A stretch of 64,000 nt of DNA from a virus, in IMG/VR virus record IMGVR_UViG_3300030390_002309, positions 1 to 64,000 of that record; one strand, given 5' to 3'. This document shows positions 50,178 through 58,673 of this stretch, piece after piece; within the stretch, counting starts at the first letter, position 1, and each line of letters starts with the position of its first letter. A program made the position numbers and the translations under genes. The notes under the pieces were generated by a model that searched no databases, was not told the origin of the DNA, and worked only from the letters and a program-made list of their open reading frames with translations.

Positions 50178-50981
50178 TCATCTATCTGATTTTGTTTTTT
50201 CAAAACCTTCCCACTTTGGATCATACCAAAACATTCTAGCATTTTTATCTTTTATTTTTAACATACTATCATTACCATAACATTTCATAAACCTGCCAGG
50301 CTCTTTACCAAATGGATTTTTCCAATCCTTAATCCGGCCTCCTCCACGAACATAAGCTAAATTAGGAATATCTCTGCATAGTTCTAATATCTTTGGCTCT
50401 TCTAAAATTGCTTCTCTTGCTGATAAGAATGGATTCAAGTAAGGCAATCTATATAATATTTCTGCTCTTAAATAATTTCCTATGCCATTGAAATATTTTT
50501 GATTCATCAGTAAAAGATAAATAGGATGGTTGAATGCTGCTTTATTAATATTAACTAATATGTTTTCTTTGAATGATTTAAACTCTTTAGTTGGGTCTGG
50601 GCCTCTTTTATCATTCCACAAACCTGCTGCCTTCCATTTACCAAATCTTCTTACGTCAACAAATGATAATGTAGTTCCATTTTTCCTATAAAATTTTAGA
50701 TGAGCATGTTTTGGTTCATGACCTGTTGTTGTAACTTTAAAATGTCCAGTCATTCCCATTGTCATCTGAATAGGTAAATCTACATTATCACAATGCATCC
50801 AAACAATTAACTCTTTACCTCTAGACTCTGATGTTACAGTAAATTGTTTATCTTGAAACCAAGGTGCATCTATATCTTCACATTTATGTATTGGATTCTT
50901 TTGTACACCAATATATGTTTGACCTTTTGATGCTTCATTAATAAAGTCCGCTGTAAATTTTAATTCTGCTAATTCTGGCAT
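50178..50981 (-). CDS. Fpg/Nei-family DNA glycosylase (NEIL1-like, no zinc finger)
   Basis: N-terminal MPELAE, RGKEL, GMTG, FVDVRRFG, H2TH NQKYFNGIGNYLRAEILY. Confidence 0.9.
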   Translation of the reverse strand: MPELAELKFTADFINEASKGQTYIGVQKNPIHKCEDIDAPWFQDKQFTVTSESRGKELIVWMHCDNVDLPIQMTMGMTGHFKVTTTGHEPKHAHLKFYRKNGTTLSFVDVRRFGKWKAAGLWNDKRGPDPTKEFKSFKENILVNINKAAFNHPIYLLLMNQKYFNGIGNYLRAEILYRLPYLNPFLSAREAILEEPKILELCRDIPNLAYVRGGGRIKDWKNPFGKEPGRFMKCYGNDSMLKIKDKNARMFWYDPKWEGFEKTKSDR

Positions 50982-50984
50982 ATT

Positions 50985-51548
50985 TTATTCTATTACTATT
51001 TCTATCATCTTTTCATCACTAACAACTCCATCTGCAAAAGATGCTTGACCTGTTATTGTTATAGTATCTCCTTCCATTGTCTGTACTGGAGCAAACATTG
51101 TATTAATTTCTCCATCCATTGTACTATAAGATGCTTCATTAATTGTTGGCACTTCTTGTCCATCAAACCATGTTACATAACTTGTATCATTATTTAGATA
51201 TAGATAACTAGAGTCATTCAATGTCCAATTCTGATGTACAACATATCCTAATGTATCTCCTATAACCCAATAATGACTACTTGTCCACTGTATTTTAGTT
51301 AATTCATATTCATTTGCTACTTCAGACACTTTACCTGATATTCTATGTAATGTCTGCCATTCCTGTCCTAAATCTAAATGATAATATCCATTGTTATCAA
51401 CATTTAATCTAGCATCTATTTCAAAGTCATGGCCTACAATGTATAAGTCATCTTTACTACATGAAGGTGTACAAAACAATATTATAAATAACACTGCCCA
51501 TAGTATTAAAATTTTCATATATTCTGGCATATCATCATTACTACTCAT
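50985..51548 (-). CDS. Putative lipoprotein
   Basis: Hydrophobic signal followed by SC-SKDD, Bacteroidota lipoprotein style. Confidence 0.6.
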   Translation of the reverse strand: MSSNDDMPEYMKILILWAVLFIILFCTPSCSKDDLYIVGHDFEIDARLNVDNNGYYHLDLGQEWQTLHRISGKVSEVANEYELTKIQWTSSHYWVIGDTLGYVVHQNWTLNDSSYLYLNNDTSYVTWFDGQEVPTINEASYSTMDGEINTMFAPVQTMEGDTITITGQASFADGVVSDEKMIEIVIE

Positions 51549-51937
51549 TATTTATCTTCTCCTTTATTAATATGACTATACCACCAAACAGATATGATTG
51601 TTAATAATAATACAGAACCAAATGTGTAAAGAAGAAACCATGGTGAATCTGCATCAGCAAATATTGCAGGTGCTCCCATTACTACTAACCATACTAAGAA
51701 TATCAATCCTACATTAGATTCTAATCTTCTTTCAACCTTAACCGTAAGTTCCTTTTTAATAACACGGCTCAATGCATCCTGCATATCTTTTCCATATACT
51801 GGTTGTTTCCATATTGTACCATCCTTCTCTCCAATAGTTATCAAATATTTACAATAACCTTCATGAGAACTAGAACGTTTCAATAACTCTGCTTTCATAG
51901 CACGCCTTCTATCGTACTTTTGTTTTTTAATGCTCAT
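51548..51937 (-). CDS. Membrane protein (two C-terminal TM helices)
   Basis: VYGKDMQDAL followed by two TM helices. Confidence 0.6.
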   Translation of the reverse strand: MSIKKQKYDRRRAMKAELLKRSSSHEGYCKYLITIGEKDGTIWKQPVYGKDMQDALSRVIKKELTVKVERRLESNVGLIFLVWLVVMGAPAIFADADSPWFLLYTFGSVLLLTIISVWWYSHINKGEDK

Positions 51938-51938
51938 A

Positions 51939-52268
51939 TTAATTTACAAATGCTATATTATATAATTCTTTTCCATATGATGCTTTATCACGATTCTTTC
52001 CTATAGCAATATCATATTTAGTCTTAACATCATTTAACTTTGTTAAACATTGTTCCTTTGTTCTACAATAGAATGATAATGTTGTATAAGTCTTGAACCT
52101 GCCTTTAGAATCTTCATTCTTTATTCCAGCCTTATGTTGAGATGAATTCTCTCTAGCTCTATCTACTGCAGACTTTTCAGGTCCTTTCTTCTTAAACACT
52201 ATAGGTGCTTTAGTATCAACTTTAGGTTGGTTTGTTACATGTACTGTTAATCGGTAATTGTTATTCAT
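51939..52268 (-). CDS. Basic hypothetical protein
   Basis: ORF in operon. Confidence 0.5.
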   Translation of the reverse strand: MNNNYRLTVHVTNQPKVDTKAPIVFKKKGPEKSAVDRARENSSQHKAGIKNEDSKGRFKTYTTLSFYCRTKEQCLTKLNDVKTKYDIAIGKNRDKASYGKELYNIAFVN

Positions 52269-52448
52269 AATTGTTTACTTTTTGTTATTAATTTTAGTTG
52301 TTTTTCTTTTGTCATAATTATCCATGTTCTTCATGAACTCTTTATGTTGTATTCTATTATCAATCCAATGACTGATCTGAGTTGTTACATACATTCCCAA
52401 GACGAAGCATCCGCCTCCAAATAATATTATTGCTATTGTTTCCATAAT

Positions 52449-54554
52449 TTATATTAATTCTAAAAATTTCTTATTCATTGATTTTGCTACTTCATTAATC
52501 TTTTTGGTATTGATATATTGAGCTTCTTTGCCGTACATTGCATTGAATGCCTTTTCTTCAGTATCACTAATACCATATGACCCTGTAATAAAATAACTAA
52601 TTACTTTAATACCTTCTCTGGTCATCTTCTTTACTTGCTCTCTCGTATGTTTATGAGCACTTTCACCATAATAATCACCATAATAAGGCATTCCATCACT
52701 CATATTAACAAAATATGCATCTTTACCTTTTGATGCATCTAATACTTCTTTCATTATTGCATCAAAACATAATCCTTCTGGCGTCACTCCTGATACAATA
52801 CAATGAGGAAAATTAGTTTTAAGTTGACTTATACCATGCTTTCTACTATCATATGCAATTAATATCACTGGCATATCCTTTCCACTAAAATATGCTCCGG
52901 CTCTGAAACTAATAACACAATCCATATTCTCTATCATGCTACATGCTTTTGCAATTGCTACTGAGGTTGTAAATGCGTTATTAAATCTCTCTCCATTCAT
53001 TGAACCACTATTATCAATTGATATATGAATCATACCTGGATTATATGCAAATGATTCTACTTTTGCAAATATATTTTCTATACCAAATCCTGCACTTGAT
53101 ATTCTACGTTTATCAATCTTACCTGATCTTAATCTATTGAACTTAGTATCTTTCTGTTCTGCCCTTACCTTTAACTTCTTACCTAATACAATACCTCTTC
53201 TTAATCCTTCATTCACTAATTGACTATTTGCTTCTATTCTATGATCACCCCATGCTCCTTGAGTGGCCCACATATCACATTCAACATTGTTAATTAAATC
53301 TTTGGTAAAATTCTTAATAACAGCTACATCTTCATGTTTAGGAATAGAACCACCATCCCAATAATTTTCTCGCTGGTATTCAACTTTCTTAATTTCTGTA
53401 CCACTATCTTCCATCGATGAAATTGTCTTTTGTAACTTCTTACTTACACTGGTCTTCTTAATATCTTGGTTCTGAAATTCTTCTTGCTTCTTAATTGCTT
53501 TCTTAAGTTGATCTATTTGCCTTTGATTCAATTCTTCTAAATCATTTGGTGCCTTTACTCCTCCTAAATTTCTACCATCACCTTTCTTAGCCTCTTCGCC
53601 TTCTGCCTTTGAACCATCATCACTATCAACATCTCCTTCTGGTTTCTTTGCTTCTCCATTTCCATCAACTGGCTCTCCATCTTCTGCTCCACTACCTTCT
53701 CCATTACCTTCTCCTTCTCCTTCGTTTTTCTTATCTAATTCTAATGATGGTATTTGACTTTCAATAACCTTAAATACTTCATATGCTAAATCTCTAACTT
53801 CATTGGTATTCTTTAGTCTTGCAATATTCTTAAGATCGATCATCTTCCATATCTTATCTAATTCTAATACATCTAATCTACGATTTGGATTAGTTAAATT
53901 ACAAATACGGAATAAGAATGAATCCCAATCTGCACTTGTATACTCATCACTCTTAAGACCTTTATCAATAATCTTTGCATTGAAGAATTTTTCATACAAT
54001 GCTTGATAGTAACCTTTATACCCTGGTGCATTTTTATATACCCAAGCATCGATTCTTCTATCTTCTATAATATTAATAAGGCTACTTAACTTAGATATTA
54101 CATATTCTGGTGACCACCATTTGTCATATCCTTCTAAATCAGATGCTATTGCTCCATGCTTATCAGCTAATGATGACATATATTTATGATCATCAAATAA
54201 CCATGTATCTAAGTTTCTTAATGTATCAAAGTCGGTCAATTTAATATGCGATCCTTCATGTAATGCTAATCCAACGGCTGGATCAAAATCTTTATCTTTC
54301 AATGATGCTGATATAACAACTGACTTACCATCGGTATAACTATCACCACTTGTTTGAAACTTAACTGGAATGGATTCTCCTGTAACAATTCTAACAAAGT
54401 TACCTATTGCTCTACGGTAACCTGCTAACTTCATAGGGTCTTTACCTTTTGGCTTTGCAATTTCTTCTCCTAACATATCAAATTGATCATCATTAAAGAA
54501 GTCATTATCTAACCAAAAACTTGAATTGGAATCTGAATAACTGGTTTTTTTCAT
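52449..54554 (-). CDS. VWA-domain protein with N-terminal HExxH module (CobT-like partner of the AAA+ ATPase)
   Basis: LHEGSH, NIIEDRRI, acidic linker, MIDAS IDNSGSM, TPEG, SDGMP. Confidence 0.82.
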   Translation of the reverse strand: MKKTSYSDSNSSFWLDNDFFNDDQFDMLGEEIAKPKGKDPMKLAGYRRAIGNFVRIVTGESIPVKFQTSGDSYTDGKSVVISASLKDKDFDPAVGLALHEGSHIKLTDFDTLRNLDTWLFDDHKYMSSLADKHGAIASDLEGYDKWWSPEYVISKLSSLINIIEDRRIDAWVYKNAPGYKGYYQALYEKFFNAKIIDKGLKSDEYTSADWDSFLFRICNLTNPNRRLDVLELDKIWKMIDLKNIARLKNTNEVRDLAYEVFKVIESQIPSLELDKKNEGEGEGNGEGSGAEDGEPVDGNGEAKKPEGDVDSDDGSKAEGEEAKKGDGRNLGGVKAPNDLEELNQRQIDQLKKAIKKQEEFQNQDIKKTSVSKKLQKTISSMEDSGTEIKKVEYQRENYWDGGSIPKHEDVAVIKNFTKDLINNVECDMWATQGAWGDHRIEANSQLVNEGLRRGIVLGKKLKVRAEQKDTKFNRLRSGKIDKRRISSAGFGIENIFAKVESFAYNPGMIHISIDNSGSMNGERFNNAFTTSVAIAKACSMIENMDCVISFRAGAYFSGKDMPVILIAYDSRKHGISQLKTNFPHCIVSGVTPEGLCFDAIMKEVLDASKGKDAYFVNMSDGMPYYGDYYGESAHKHTREQVKKMTREGIKVISYFITGSYGISDTEEKAFNAMYGKEAQYINTKKINEVAKSMNKKFLELI

Positions 54555-54572
54555 ATCTATTTCTTTTTATTT

Positions 54573-54630
54573 ATATAATAAAGATAAGGACTTTTTCTGT
54601 ATTAGGCAAATCTTTTTGATGCTTTTTTTC
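54573..54630 (-). promoter_or_regulatory. Repeated early-type promoter copy
   Basis: AAAAGATTTGCCTAATACAGAAAAAGTCCTTATCTTTA. Confidence 0.7.
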
Positions 54631-54640
54631 ATAAATGTTA

Positions 54641-55069
54641 TCATGATATCATTGCATTTAATGGTGGTACTTTATCATATTCATTCTTATATTCTTTTAA
54701 AAGATTATGTTCTAATCCTTTAACATATGATGTCTCACATTTGTATCCTAATACCTTACTAGTTACAATAGGCATAGGTAATACATATACCCAAATACTT
54801 TCTACATCCTTTATATGTTGTCTAATACGGTTATTTGTTATATTAGATATACATCTATAGCCTTTATGGAATCTCTGAGTTAAGTTTTGTGTTTCTCCTA
54901 TCTTTAATAACTCACCCTTATCATTTGTCATTACATATACGCCTGGCTGGTTATCTGATTTGATAGGATTACTAGGATACATTATTTCAATACCTTGCGT
55001 ATATTTAGATGATTTAATCATACATGCATATAATTCAAATCCTTTGTTTATGTAATATTCTTTATTCAT
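54641..55069 (-). CDS. GIY-YIG-like nuclease
   Basis: PGVY...LKIGETQNLTQR...LE..LL..Y.....VPPLN. Confidence 0.65.
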   Translation of the reverse strand: MNKEYYINKGFELYACMIKSSKYTQGIEIMYPSNPIKSDNQPGVYVMTNDKGELLKIGETQNLTQRFHKGYRCISNITNNRIRQHIKDVESIWVYVLPMPIVTSKVLGYKCETSYVKGLEHNLLKEYKNEYDKVPPLNAMIS

Positions 55070-55082
55070 ATTATTATTTTTG

Positions 55083-55156
55083 TGATCGAGAAAGGATTCG
55101 AACCTTTGACCTATTGCTTAGAAGGCAATTGCTCTATCCAACTGAGCTACTCGACC
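55083..55156 (-). tRNA. tRNA-Arg(UCU), CCA not encoded
   Basis: GGTCGAG/CTCGATC acceptor stem, AGCTCAGTTGGATAGAGC D arm, ATTGC-CTTCTAA-GCAAT anticodon arm, AAAGG-TTCGAAT-CCTTT T arm. Confidence 0.95.
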
Positions 55157-55234
55157 ATTTCAAAAAGGAAGGGAGGCTCAAGAATTAACCTGATCTTTGT
55201 ACTTCCTCCCAACCTATACTAATCACCAAATTAG

Positions 55235-56401
55235 TTATACATTTAATTCTTCTTCTTCTTCAACGCCTTCTGCATTAAAGATATCCTCATCTTCTATACT
55301 ACCACAATACTTTTGAACTACTTGCTTCATAAAGGTTCTTTCACTATCTACTCCTCCATCTTCATCAAAGAAAGGATAAATACAAACCTCTGCCGATTCA
55401 GCTAATGTAAATCCATCTTCTAACAATCCTGCCATCTCAACACTTAACCTTGTACTTATTGAATTTGTTATTCTAGGAGCATCACCTTTTATTTCTTTTC
55501 TAGTCATTGATGCTATCTCTGCAATATTATCAGCTTGCTCTTGAGTCACTCCTGGATGAAGATCTTTTAATAATCCTGACTCTTGTTCTTTATCTAATGT
55601 CTCCATTTCAACAATAATAAATCTATCAACTAATGCTCTATCCATTGCTCTGGTTGCGGTATATTCATTACCTATATTTGCAGTGGCTACAAATGTAACT
55701 CCTTCTGCTACCTTAATGGTCGGTGCATCTTGATGTTCATCTAATCTTAAATATCTTTGTCCGGCATCTAATACCGTCATCAATATGTTCCATGCTTCTG
55801 GATGTGCTCTTGATATCTCATCTAATAATATAATAGCATCTTTGGTCTGGATTGCTTTTACAAATAATGATTCACTAAACATTGTACCTTCTTCTTTCTT
55901 AAAATGGGTGTTGCCAATCAATGTCCCTCTTGGATCTTGAGTGGCACCTAAATTAAAATAGAATTCTGGTCTATCTAATGCTTCTACTAATCTCTTAGCG
56001 GCCATTGTCTTACCACAACCTGCTGCTCCGGTCATCATAATATTCTTACCTCTCATTGCTGATCGAACTAAATACTTCCATTTCAAATCAGGCATTACCA
56101 ATGTCTTAGGACGAAGGTCTATTGATTCATTATGGATAAAATTCAATATTGGATCTGCTTCTAATTGTTCTGCCATTTTTACTTCTTCTACTTTTGGTTT
56201 CATATCATTAAACAATGCCATATCCTTACGTCTTGATCTTCCGGTTTCCATATCATATTCTATACATTGATTATTCTCAACACAATGTGAACACATAATA
56301 TCTCTAACATATAAATCATTACGTACATTCCCTTTTGTATCTTTTAGGATGTACTTACCATTTTTTGCTTCAACGGTTAAATAGATTATTTTTTCTTTCA
56401 T
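55235..56401 (-). CDS. MoxR/CobS-like AAA+ ATPase
   Basis: GAAGCGKT Walker A, ILLDEISRA Walker B, ATAN, DRALVDRF arginine finger. Confidence 0.88.
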   Translation of the reverse strand: MKEKIIYLTVEAKNGKYILKDTKGNVRNDLYVRDIMCSHCVENNQCIEYDMETGRSRRKDMALFNDMKPKVEEVKMAEQLEADPILNFIHNESIDLRPKTLVMPDLKWKYLVRSAMRGKNIMMTGAAGCGKTMAAKRLVEALDRPEFYFNLGATQDPRGTLIGNTHFKKEEGTMFSESLFVKAIQTKDAIILLDEISRAHPEAWNILMTVLDAGQRYLRLDEHQDAPTIKVAEGVTFVATANIGNEYTATRAMDRALVDRFIIVEMETLDKEQESGLLKDLHPGVTQEQADNIAEIASMTRKEIKGDAPRITNSISTRLSVEMAGLLEDGFTLAESAEVCIYPFFDEDGGVDSERTFMKQVVQKYCGSIEDEDIFNAEGVEEEEELNV

Positions 56402-56440
56402 AATTTGGTGATTTTTGGTTATTTATTAATTTTTATTTCT

Positions 56441-56497
56441 TATATATAAAGATAAGAAAAAGATCTCATTTAGGCAAATCTTTTTCAAGCTTTTTTT
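56441..56497 (-). promoter_or_regulatory. Repeated early-type promoter copy
   Basis: AAAAAGCTTGAAAAAGATTTGCCTAAATGAGATCTTTTTCTTATCTTTATATATA. Confidence 0.7.
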
Positions 56498-56583
56498 AAC
56501 TTTGTTTCATTTATTTTTTTGATAGCCTCTTCCATTGTAAGACCGAATTTGTCCATTAACATTTTAATTGCTACTATATTCAT
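56485..56583 (-). CDS. 32-aa peptide (not in ORF track)
   Basis: MNIVAIKMLMDKFGLTMEEAIKKINETKLKKA*, with its own promoter/leader copy. Confidence 0.55.
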   Translation of the reverse strand: MNIVAIKMLMDKFGLTMEEAIKKINETKLKKA

Positions 56584-56600
56584 AATTTCTACCTTTTTAT

Positions 56601-56645
56601 TATATATAAAGATAAGAAAAATATCTGTAATAGGCAAATCTTTTA
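56601..56645 (-). promoter_or_regulatory. Repeated early-type promoter copy
   Basis: TTTGCCTATTACAGATATTTTTCTTATCTTTATATATA. Confidence 0.7.
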
Positions 56646-56660
56646 CCAGGAAAGTTTAAA

Positions 56661-56876
56661 TTATTTTAGGAATTTTTCTATCTCTAGTTTGGATGGCCAG
56701 CCGAGATTAAGACCACAACTTTCACAAACGTACCTTATCATTGTACTACTTTCATCTGCTACTTGTTTTATAACTTGTTGTTCGTGTTTGCATTTGTGCT
56801 GGAGTTCATTGATTTCTAAATCAATTTTCCGCTTTTCAGAAAGTAGTTTTTCCACCTTCATCTTGTTCGCATCCAT
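56661..56876 (-). CDS. Small zinc-ribbon-like protein
   Basis: CKH...CESC. Confidence 0.55.
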   Translation of the reverse strand: MDANKMKVEKLLSEKRKIDLEINELQHKCKHEQQVIKQVADESSTMIRYVCESCGLNLGWPSKLEIEKFLK

Positions 56877-56901
56877 ATCAATAAATATGTGAGATGCTGT
56901 A

Positions 56902-57453
56902 TTATTCTTTGATCTGAATTGTTATATCATGGGGTGCAAATTCATTGCCTCCAAAATAAGGATATAGATAATATCTTCTAATTAACCCCCAATTACCTTG
57001 TGGTCTTCTTCTTACTTCGGTAGTATCATTGTCTATAACTATTATATAATAGAATGTCTGAATATCAATTGTTACATCATATATTGTATTTATATCAATA
57101 TTTTTTATTTTACCGGATGTATGAACTCCTTCTGCATGTCTTAGCCAACATAATTCTATTTCATTATTCAAATACCTCCATCCTAATCTTATAGAGTATT
57201 TTTGATGACTCTTTCCAAAATCACTAACACCATATATTTTATTAACATCAGATTGATTCTCAGGTATTTCTGATTCATATATTGCTGAATCATCTAATAT
57301 GAATTGAAAATTTATTCTAGAATTTGTTGGATGATTAAAATAGGTTCCTGACCTATGTTCGCCTTCTGGTATTATATAAGTTCTAAAGCCTAGATCATCT
57401 TTATCTTTACCACATGATGTGCATATCAATAAGAGTAATATTAGCCTTTTCAT
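56902..57453 (-). CDS. Putative lipoprotein
   Basis: MKRLILLLLICTSC-GKDKDD lipobox; YPYFGGNE.APH. Confidence 0.65.
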   Translation of the reverse strand: MKRLILLLLICTSCGKDKDDLGFRTYIIPEGEHRSGTYFNHPTNSRINFQFILDDSAIYESEIPENQSDVNKIYGVSDFGKSHQKYSIRLGWRYLNNEIELCWLRHAEGVHTSGKIKNIDINTIYDVTIDIQTFYYIIVIDNDTTEVRRRPQGNWGLIRRYYLYPYFGGNEFAPHDITIQIKE

Positions 57454-57496
57454 ATATCAATAAATATATGAGTTGATATGGTATATCTACAAGTTC

Positions 57497-58018
57497 TTAA
57501 TAACTATTTTTCATCCTACCACCTAATGGATTACCCACTTCTTGATAGTAACAATTGTAACATAATAACCTTAAGTTATCTCTTATATGATTTGTCCTAT
57601 CTCCATCAATCCAATCTAGTAATAATGGCACTGAATAATCTGATACCCTTCTTACACAATAACCACATGAGTTACATTCTTCTTCAAGAATAGCATTTTT
57701 AAGTAATCTTATCTTTAATCTGCTATGTGGATAATTAGGATACTTACCTTCTAGTATATCTAATAAACCATAATGGCCTCTTAGTCTAGGCTTTGTTGCT
57801 CTAGGTATTCCTTTTCCAGCCTTGTTCTTATGTAGTTCAAACAATGTTTTACCAGTTTCTGAATCTACATATAGTTTAGAATATTTCCTAAATGCTTCAT
57901 ATGAAACTTTAAGGAAACGAGCTGCGCCTGCACAAGATTGAGTATTGACCATTGCATATCGAATCTCAGACTCTGATATGTTCATTGGTGGTCTACCCTC
58001 TCCTGGCTTGAACGGCAT
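57497..58018 (-). CDS. HNH-like zinc-finger protein with N-terminal HTH (degenerate active site)
   Basis: CNSC...LDWIDGDRTNHIRDNLRLLCYNC. Confidence 0.65.
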   Translation of the reverse strand: MPFKPGEGRPPMNISESEIRYAMVNTQSCAGAARFLKVSYEAFRKYSKLYVDSETGKTLFELHKNKAGKGIPRATKPRLRGHYGLLDILEGKYPNYPHSRLKIRLLKNAILEEECNSCGYCVRRVSDYSVPLLLDWIDGDRTNHIRDNLRLLCYNCYYQEVGNPLGGRMKNSY

Positions 58019-58022
58019 TATA

Positions 58023-58331
58023 TTATCCTTTTAGTAATTCTTTTGAATCATCTACTAAGTTGCGACTATTATAAAATTTATCTCTAGCCTTTGCTCTCAT
58101 AGACTCAACATATGTTTTTTCGTCCTTAGATAATGAACTCCAAAATGATTCAAACTCTCCACCTGGAGTATTCATATATCTAGTATATGCATCTTCAGTT
58201 TTGTCATCATTCATATGCTTAGCTAAAACTGTACCTAAAATAGTTGATGCTTTAGGTTGAACTGATATTCCGTTCTTCCCCATTGCAGTATACCATTCGT
58301 CCATAATCTGTGTTACTTTGTCTTTACTCAT
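58023..58331 (-). CDS. Hypothetical protein
   Basis: ORF with upstream AAGGA. Confidence 0.55.
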   Translation of the reverse strand: MSKDKVTQIMDEWYTAMGKNGISVQPKASTILGTVLAKHMNDDKTEDAYTRYMNTPGGEFESFWSSLSKDEKTYVESMRAKARDKFYNSRNLVDDSKELLKG

Positions 58332-58364
58332 AACTTATTCCTTTTTTTTATTATTTCCTCTATA

Positions 58365-58509
58365 TCCTCCGAAGCTTAAACGGCATGCTTCTTCAACCGT
58401 CGGTCTTGGGTGCTTAATTAAGCAGCCATCGCCATGTTAACATGTTCGCCTGTTATTGCGTTGATCTTCATTATATCCTTATCATCATGTCAAATACCTG
58501 TTCATCCCC
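58365..58509 (-). ncRNA. ssrA: tmRNA coding piece (5' acceptor strand + tag ORF GEHVNMAMAA*); 3' boundary approximate
   Basis: Starts GGGGATG-AACAGGTATTTGAC; ATAACA-GGC resume context; tag 58450-58418 ends in AA*; GCTTAATTAAGC hairpin at the stop. Confidence 0.88.
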
Positions 58510-58514
58510 ATTTG

Positions 58515-58586
58515 TAGCCCGACGGAGAATCGAACTCCGGTTACATGGATGAAAACCATGCGTCCTAACCACTAGACGACCGGGCC
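58515..58586 (-). tRNA. tRNA-Glu(UUC), CCA not encoded, nested in the tmRNA intervening segment
   Basis: GGCCCGG/TCGGGCT acceptor stem, GTCTAGTGGTTAGGAC D arm, CATGG-TTTTCAT-CCATG anticodon arm, CGGAG-TTCGATT-CTCCG T arm. Confidence 0.95.
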
Positions 58587-58600
58587 AATTTCCTACTTAG

Positions 58601-58660
58601 TGGAGATGGTGGGAGTCGAACCCACGTCCATTAATGCAGCTAATATAACTACTAACGATC
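58601..58660 (-). ncRNA. ssrA: tmRNA acceptor piece (T arm + 3' acceptor strand); 5' boundary approximate
   Basis: GGAC-GTGGG-TTCGACT-CCCAC-CATCTCC-A; CATCTCC pairs with GGGGATG giving G3.U70 and A73 (alanine identity). Confidence 0.88.
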
Positions 58661-58664
58661 ATTT

Positions 58665-58672
58665 ATAAATAT
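58665..58672 (-). promoter_or_regulatory. Putative late promoter ATATTTAT driving the tmRNA/tRNA unit (one of about 14 intergenic copies)
   Basis: Same motif found just upstream of many structural and late genes. Confidence 0.6.
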
Positions 58673-58673
58673 G

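Noticed and set aside
55171-55210. GGGAGG/CCTCCC stem between the AAA+ gene and tRNA-Arg read as a terminator
   Set aside because: The 28-nt interior pairs poorly and the U-tract is not adjacent; support is too weak.
58601-58630. tmRNA 3' segment read as a tRNA-Ala fragment or an attP/att remnant
   Set aside because: There is no D or anticodon arm upstream and no integrase nearby. It pairs exactly with the GGGGATG 5' piece downstream, so it is better explained as the acceptor piece.
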